From Squalus acanthias (lineage: Eukaryota), in the NCBI GenBank assembly GCA_030390025.1, contig CM059433.1, positions 23,004,001 to 23,068,000 of the forward strand: a DNA stretch of 64,000 bases. Reading direction: 5' to 3'. Below the pieces are notes generated by a model. The model had not been told where the DNA came from. It made no database searches and saw only the letters and a list, made by a program, of their open reading frames with translations. Position 1 is the first letter of the stretch; each line of letters begins with the position of its first letter. The translations under genes and the position numbers were made by a program. Shown here in pieces: positions 59,459-64,000 of the stretch.

Positions 59459-60325
59459 AACATAGAATCATAGAATCATAGAAGATAGGAGCAGGAGTAG
59501 GCCATTCGGCCCCTCTAGCCTGCTCCGCCATTCAATGCGATCATGGCTGATCATCCAAATTCAGTACCCTGTCCCTGCTTTCTCCCCATATCCCTTGATC
59601 CCTTTAGCCTTAAGAAATATATCCAACTCCTTCTTGAATCTATTTAATGAATTGGCCTCTACTGCCTTCTGTGGTAGAGAATTCCACAGGTTCACCACTC
59701 TCTGGGTGAAGAAATTCCTCCTCATTTCTGTCCTAAATGGCTTACCCTTTATCCTTAGACTGTGACCCCTGGTTCTGGACTCCCCGACCATCGGGAACAT
59801 CCTTCCTGCATCTAGTTTGTCCTGTCCTGTCAGAATTTTATAAGTTTCAATGAGATCTCCTCTCATTCTTCTAAACTCCAGCGAGTATAAGCCCAATCGA
59901 CCCAATCTCTCTTCATACGTCATTCCTGCCATCCCAGGTATCAGCCTTGTGAATCTTCGCTGAACTCCTTCCATGGCAAGAACATCCTTCCTCAGATAAG
60001 GCGACCAAAACTGCACACAGTACTCAAGGTGTGGTCTCACCAAGGCCCTGTACAACTGCAGCAAGACATCCTTGTTCCTGTACTCAAACCCTCTCGCTAT
60101 GAAGGCCAACATACCATTTGCCTTCTTAACCGCCTGCTGCACCTGCATGCTTACCTTCAGCGACTGGTGCACAAGGACACCCAGGTCTCGTTGCACTTCC
60201 CCTTCTCCCAATCTATTGCCATTCAGATAATAATCTGCCTTTCTGTTTTTGACACCAAAGTGGATAACCTCGCATTTATCCACGTTATATTGCATCTGCC
60301 ATGCTTCTGCCCAATCACCCAACCA
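59459..60325 (-). mobile_element. CR1 LINE 3' fragment
   Basis: LGDWAEAWQMQYN..EKAGTGY open frame; ATCATAGA tail repeats. Confidence 0.93.
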
Positions 60326-60351
60326 CATAATTAATAATATGTTTTCAGCTC

Positions 60352-60980
60352 TGTAGCATAATATGTATTTTAAAAATGTCTTGAATAAACGTAGTCTTGC
60401 ATGTATAAGAATAGACAGACAAGTTGTCCCTTCCCAGGAAGAGATAGGCAAGCAGCTGCTGAGTATGGTCTTGGTGAAACAATACCCCACAGAGACTCCT
60501 GTCTGGGACCAGGCATGAGCATGTGTTCAACAGCTTGTCGAAAATGGCAGGGAGTTGGCAAGGAAGCTGAACAAAGAAAGATTAACGCTCTCTAACTTGG
60601 ACTGAAGTAACCTTTGGGCATATGAACGTCACCTGCCCTAGGTCCCACCTTCTATTGGCCCCTTCTAATTAAGAGATATGGGGAAGCAACCTGTATGGGT
60701 TAATGCTTGCAGGTCATCAGGCATCATTTTCTGCGATAAAGATGAGCCCAAATCTCATGCTTTTTGGTAGAGGAATAGCACGACTAAGGCACAACAGCCT
60801 GGATTAACTGCACTAAAGCCAGAATACAACTCTACCCCGAACACCACCCGGGTGAGCTTTATCTTTGTCACTCAGTGTAAATCGCTGTTTGATGTACTGT
60901 ACCTGACTCTGTTCTTGTTCCAAATAAAGAATTCAACTGTTACCAATTGGTTCGTGTCAGACTTTCCTAGATCTTCCCAC
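60352..60980 (+). mobile_element. Possible solo LTR
   Basis: Starts TGTAGC; AATAAA at ~60922 followed by a short GT-rich tract; no TSD confirmed. Confidence 0.35.
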
Positions 60981-61021
60981 GGGCCCCTTGCTGTTGAACT
61001 TTAGGTCACGCCGTTTTCGTG

Positions 61022-61905
61022 GCCTCCACTGTCTCTAAATTGTCAGACAGCTCCAGTACTGGATGAGCAGAAATTTCCTCCAGCGAAATATTGGGAAGAC
61101 CAAAGCCATTGTCTTCGGTCCCCACCACAAACTCCATTCCCTAACCACCAACATCCTCCCTCTCTCTGCCAACTGTGTGAGGCTGAACCAGACTGTTTGC
61201 AACCTTGGTGTCATATTTGACCCTGAGATTAGCTTCCGACCACAAATCTGTACCATCACTAAGACCGCCTATTTCCACCTCTGGAACATTGCCCGACTCT
61301 GCCCTGCCCCAGCTCATCTGCTGCTGAAACCTCATCCATGCCTTTGCTACCTCTAGACTTGACTATTCCAACACACTCCTGGCTGGCCTGCCATCTTCCA
61401 CCCTCTGTAAACTTGAGCTCATCCAAAACTTTGCAGCCTGTATCCTAACACGTACCAAGTCCCGTTCACCCATCACCACTGTGTTCGCTGACCTACATTG
61501 GCTCCCGGTTAAGCAACGCCTCGATTTTAAAATTCTCATCCTTGTTTTCAAATCCCTCCATGGTCTCGTCCCTTCCTATCTCAGTATCCTCCTCCAGCTC
61601 TCCAAGCCTCCGAGATCTCTGTGCTCCTCCAATTCTGGTCTCTTGCGCATCCCTGATTTGCCTTCAGCTGCTGAGGCCCTAAACTCTCGAATTCCCTCCC
61701 TAAACCTCTCCAACTCTACCTCTCTTTCCTCCTTTAAGACGTTCCTTAAACCTACCTCTTTGACCAAGCTTTTGGTCATCTGGTCTAATCGCTCATTATG
61801 TGGCTCAGTGTCAAGTTTTGTTTGTTGACGCTCCTGTGAAGTGCCGTGGGATGTTTTATTACTTTAAAGGTGCTGTATAAATACAAGTTGTTGTTGTTGT
61901 TGATG
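61022..61905 (+). mobile_element. L2 LINE 3' fragment
   Basis: WMSRNFLQ..NIGKTKAI..NLGVIFDPE; SRLDYSN; LHWLPVKQRLDFKIL; (GTT)n tail. Confidence 0.9.
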
Positions 61906-61916
61906 TTGTCTCCGTA

Positions 61917-63914
61917 GGGGAACTTTCGGTCACGCCATTTTCGAGGTCTCCGTAGAGGAACGTTACGCCAGTCTAGCGGACAATACGTACATGATTCCAT
62001 GCCTATGGGCACAGACCAACTGCATATTTCTGTTGGAAAAGGCGATGGCACTAGGGGGTAGGGGCCCATATAGTTGCCTGCATGCCATCAATAACATGCT
62101 GCACATTGGCGAATCCAGCCAAATGGTAAAAGTGCAGAGTTTGTAGGGTTGATTTCCCCCGGATACTTTAGGTGCGAAAGAGCCTCCGAGTTGGCTAAGA
62201 TGGAGTCTTAAGCTGAAGTGCCGGTTTAGCCCGCGTTTAGCGCAAGACGCCCTCTTGGTAAAGCAATTGAAGCTTGCGTTAGGAACGGCTGCCCGGAGGC
62301 TTGTTAATGGGCTGATTGCCACTTAAATTTCCTGCTAGCACTCATTAAGGAGACTGCACGGCATTTTGGTGGATAACGCTTGACATAACGCCTTCTCCTA
62401 ACAGCGGCCAGCTGATTGGGAGTAAATTAGTCGTTGCTGAGGAGTTTGAGTGCTACTTTAAGGTATATTGGGGGAGTAATTCATTATCGCCCCGTTTGGG
62501 GACGGTAACTTCTGAAAGCTGGGAAACTTAGCGCCAGGCGCTAATGATTCCAAGCTTTCCCGAAATTGGGTTTAGCACTCCAGGATGGAAGTGGAGCACT
62601 AAATCAAGCACTTCACTTCCTTCCTGGAGCGCTAAAGGACGCAGGCGGGGCGGGACGTGTGCAGCGCTGCCGTGTTCCGAGGCTCCTTCCCTCCCTTAAA
62701 GGGAAGGGCCTTCGCTGCAGGCTCTGCATTGGGACCAGTCAGCTGGTCCCTGACGGCAGCCATGATCCGGCCCGATCAGCCCCATGCACTCCAGCAGAGC
62801 GCCGGGCTGATCGATCGCGGCCCCGGAGAATTGAAAAAAAAATTGAGCAAAACCATTTCAGCAATTTATGTACTTACCTCGGCAACCTCCCCTTTAACTT
62901 TCGCCCCCGAAGCGCCCGGCCTCCCGATCAGCACCTCCTGCAGCTGTCGCTGTCATCGCCCGGCGATGCTGCAAGGGGCGGATCCGGGGCGCTACCGGCC
63001 GATGCGCACAGCAATGACTTCACAATCTCCGGGCGAAGGCGATCGTGGCGCAAAGTCTTACCGCCACCGCAAACCTTTCACCGAAGTTCGCGGGAGTCGT
63101 TCATCTCGGGCGGTAAGTCGTTAGCACCCCATTATCGCCCCCCTAGGGGCGCTAACGGGAGGTGCTAACCTACCGAATTTCTCCCCCACTATCGTTTACT
63201 GTTCACTTGCTGCTGGAGGTTTGAAGAGAACTTTTGAAACATATCGGGAGACTTTCTGGGACACTTCGTCAAATCTTCACCAACACTCTGTCAACATTTA
63301 TTCTGGAAATTCTCTGAGGACTTCACCTATAAAAGTGTGAGTGCTGTGCTACTCCACCTTATTGGACACCTTATATGAGTCACCAGGAGAAAGGGAGTGC
63401 TTGGTCATGGGCATCTTGTTCGGGCTCCCCCTTGATCTGCAGGAGGAATGGGAGAAGGACATGAGGCCAGGCAGAGCAGCACCAGCTGCTGCAGGAGAGA
63501 GGGACAGGAGGGCGAGGTGGACTCCTTCCCCTCACGGGTACAGGACATCCCTCCTCCTCTGGACCTCCTCCACCAGGACGTCCAGTACCGCGTCCGAGAA
63601 CCTCTGCGGCATCTCACTTGGTCCCTGAGCCATGTTGAAACCTGCCGCTGTGTGTCAACCAGTACACTCCACACCTTCAGTGGAAGTGGGTGCATGGAGC
63701 CCTCATATACTGCTCCTCGCAAATTGCGTTAAATTAGCGCTTGAGTGCTGAACCTGCAGGTGTCTATTTGAGCACCTCCAGACAAGCTTAAATTATGGTA
63801 ATCAGCAATTAGGACCAAAATTGCGTGCGAAAACCAGACTTTCAATCAGGCCGGTCTTATTGTCACATCATGCACTTAGCGCCTGTTTTCACCCTTTCAC
63901 CAAAATAAGCCCCC
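61917..63914. mobile_element. Non-autonomous Harbinger with transposase 5' remnant and nested MITE (62470-63187)
   Basis: MGILFGLPLDLQEE at ~63407 resembles the remnant at 55755; nested element ends CCGAATTTCTCCCCC, matching the left TIR of the 8900 element. Confidence 0.6.
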
Positions 63915-64000
63915 TTTTGTGTTACTATTTGTTTATCATGGGGAAATGGATCAATTAGCTCCGGCAGACTAAGGACCTGTAACCTGTATCATCCAAGTGT

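Overview
This is eukaryotic, repeat-saturated DNA with no intact host gene that I can recognise. The repeat families suggest a cartilaginous fish (shark); that is an inference. The window is a nest of transposable elements. PIF/Harbinger DNA transposons dominate: one full-length two-gene element at 8900-12982 (TAA target-site duplication, convergent DDE transposase and spliced Myb/SANT gene), several older or deleted copies, and about a dozen MITE-like derivatives. There are many CR1 LINE fragments, including one copy with an uninterrupted APE-endonuclease plus RT ORF2 (52812-~55700), as well as L2 3' ends, two tRNA-derived SINE families, a Penelope GIY-YIG fragment, small solo LTRs, hAT MITEs, a ~3 kb 30-bp minisatellite and a histone H2B pseudogene. 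Three observations stand out. (i) Short Penelope-derived hairpin insertions with 12-14 bp TSDs carry minimal hammerhead-ribozyme cores. (ii) A 6.1 kb block bounded by hAT-like TIRs splits a CR1 and carries exon-like cargo, an E-box array and the minisatellite. (iii) A Harbinger-derived ATG and promoter-like motif is fused in frame to the intact CR1 ORF2. All calls were made by eye; boundaries without a stated TSD are approximate, and no database search was run.
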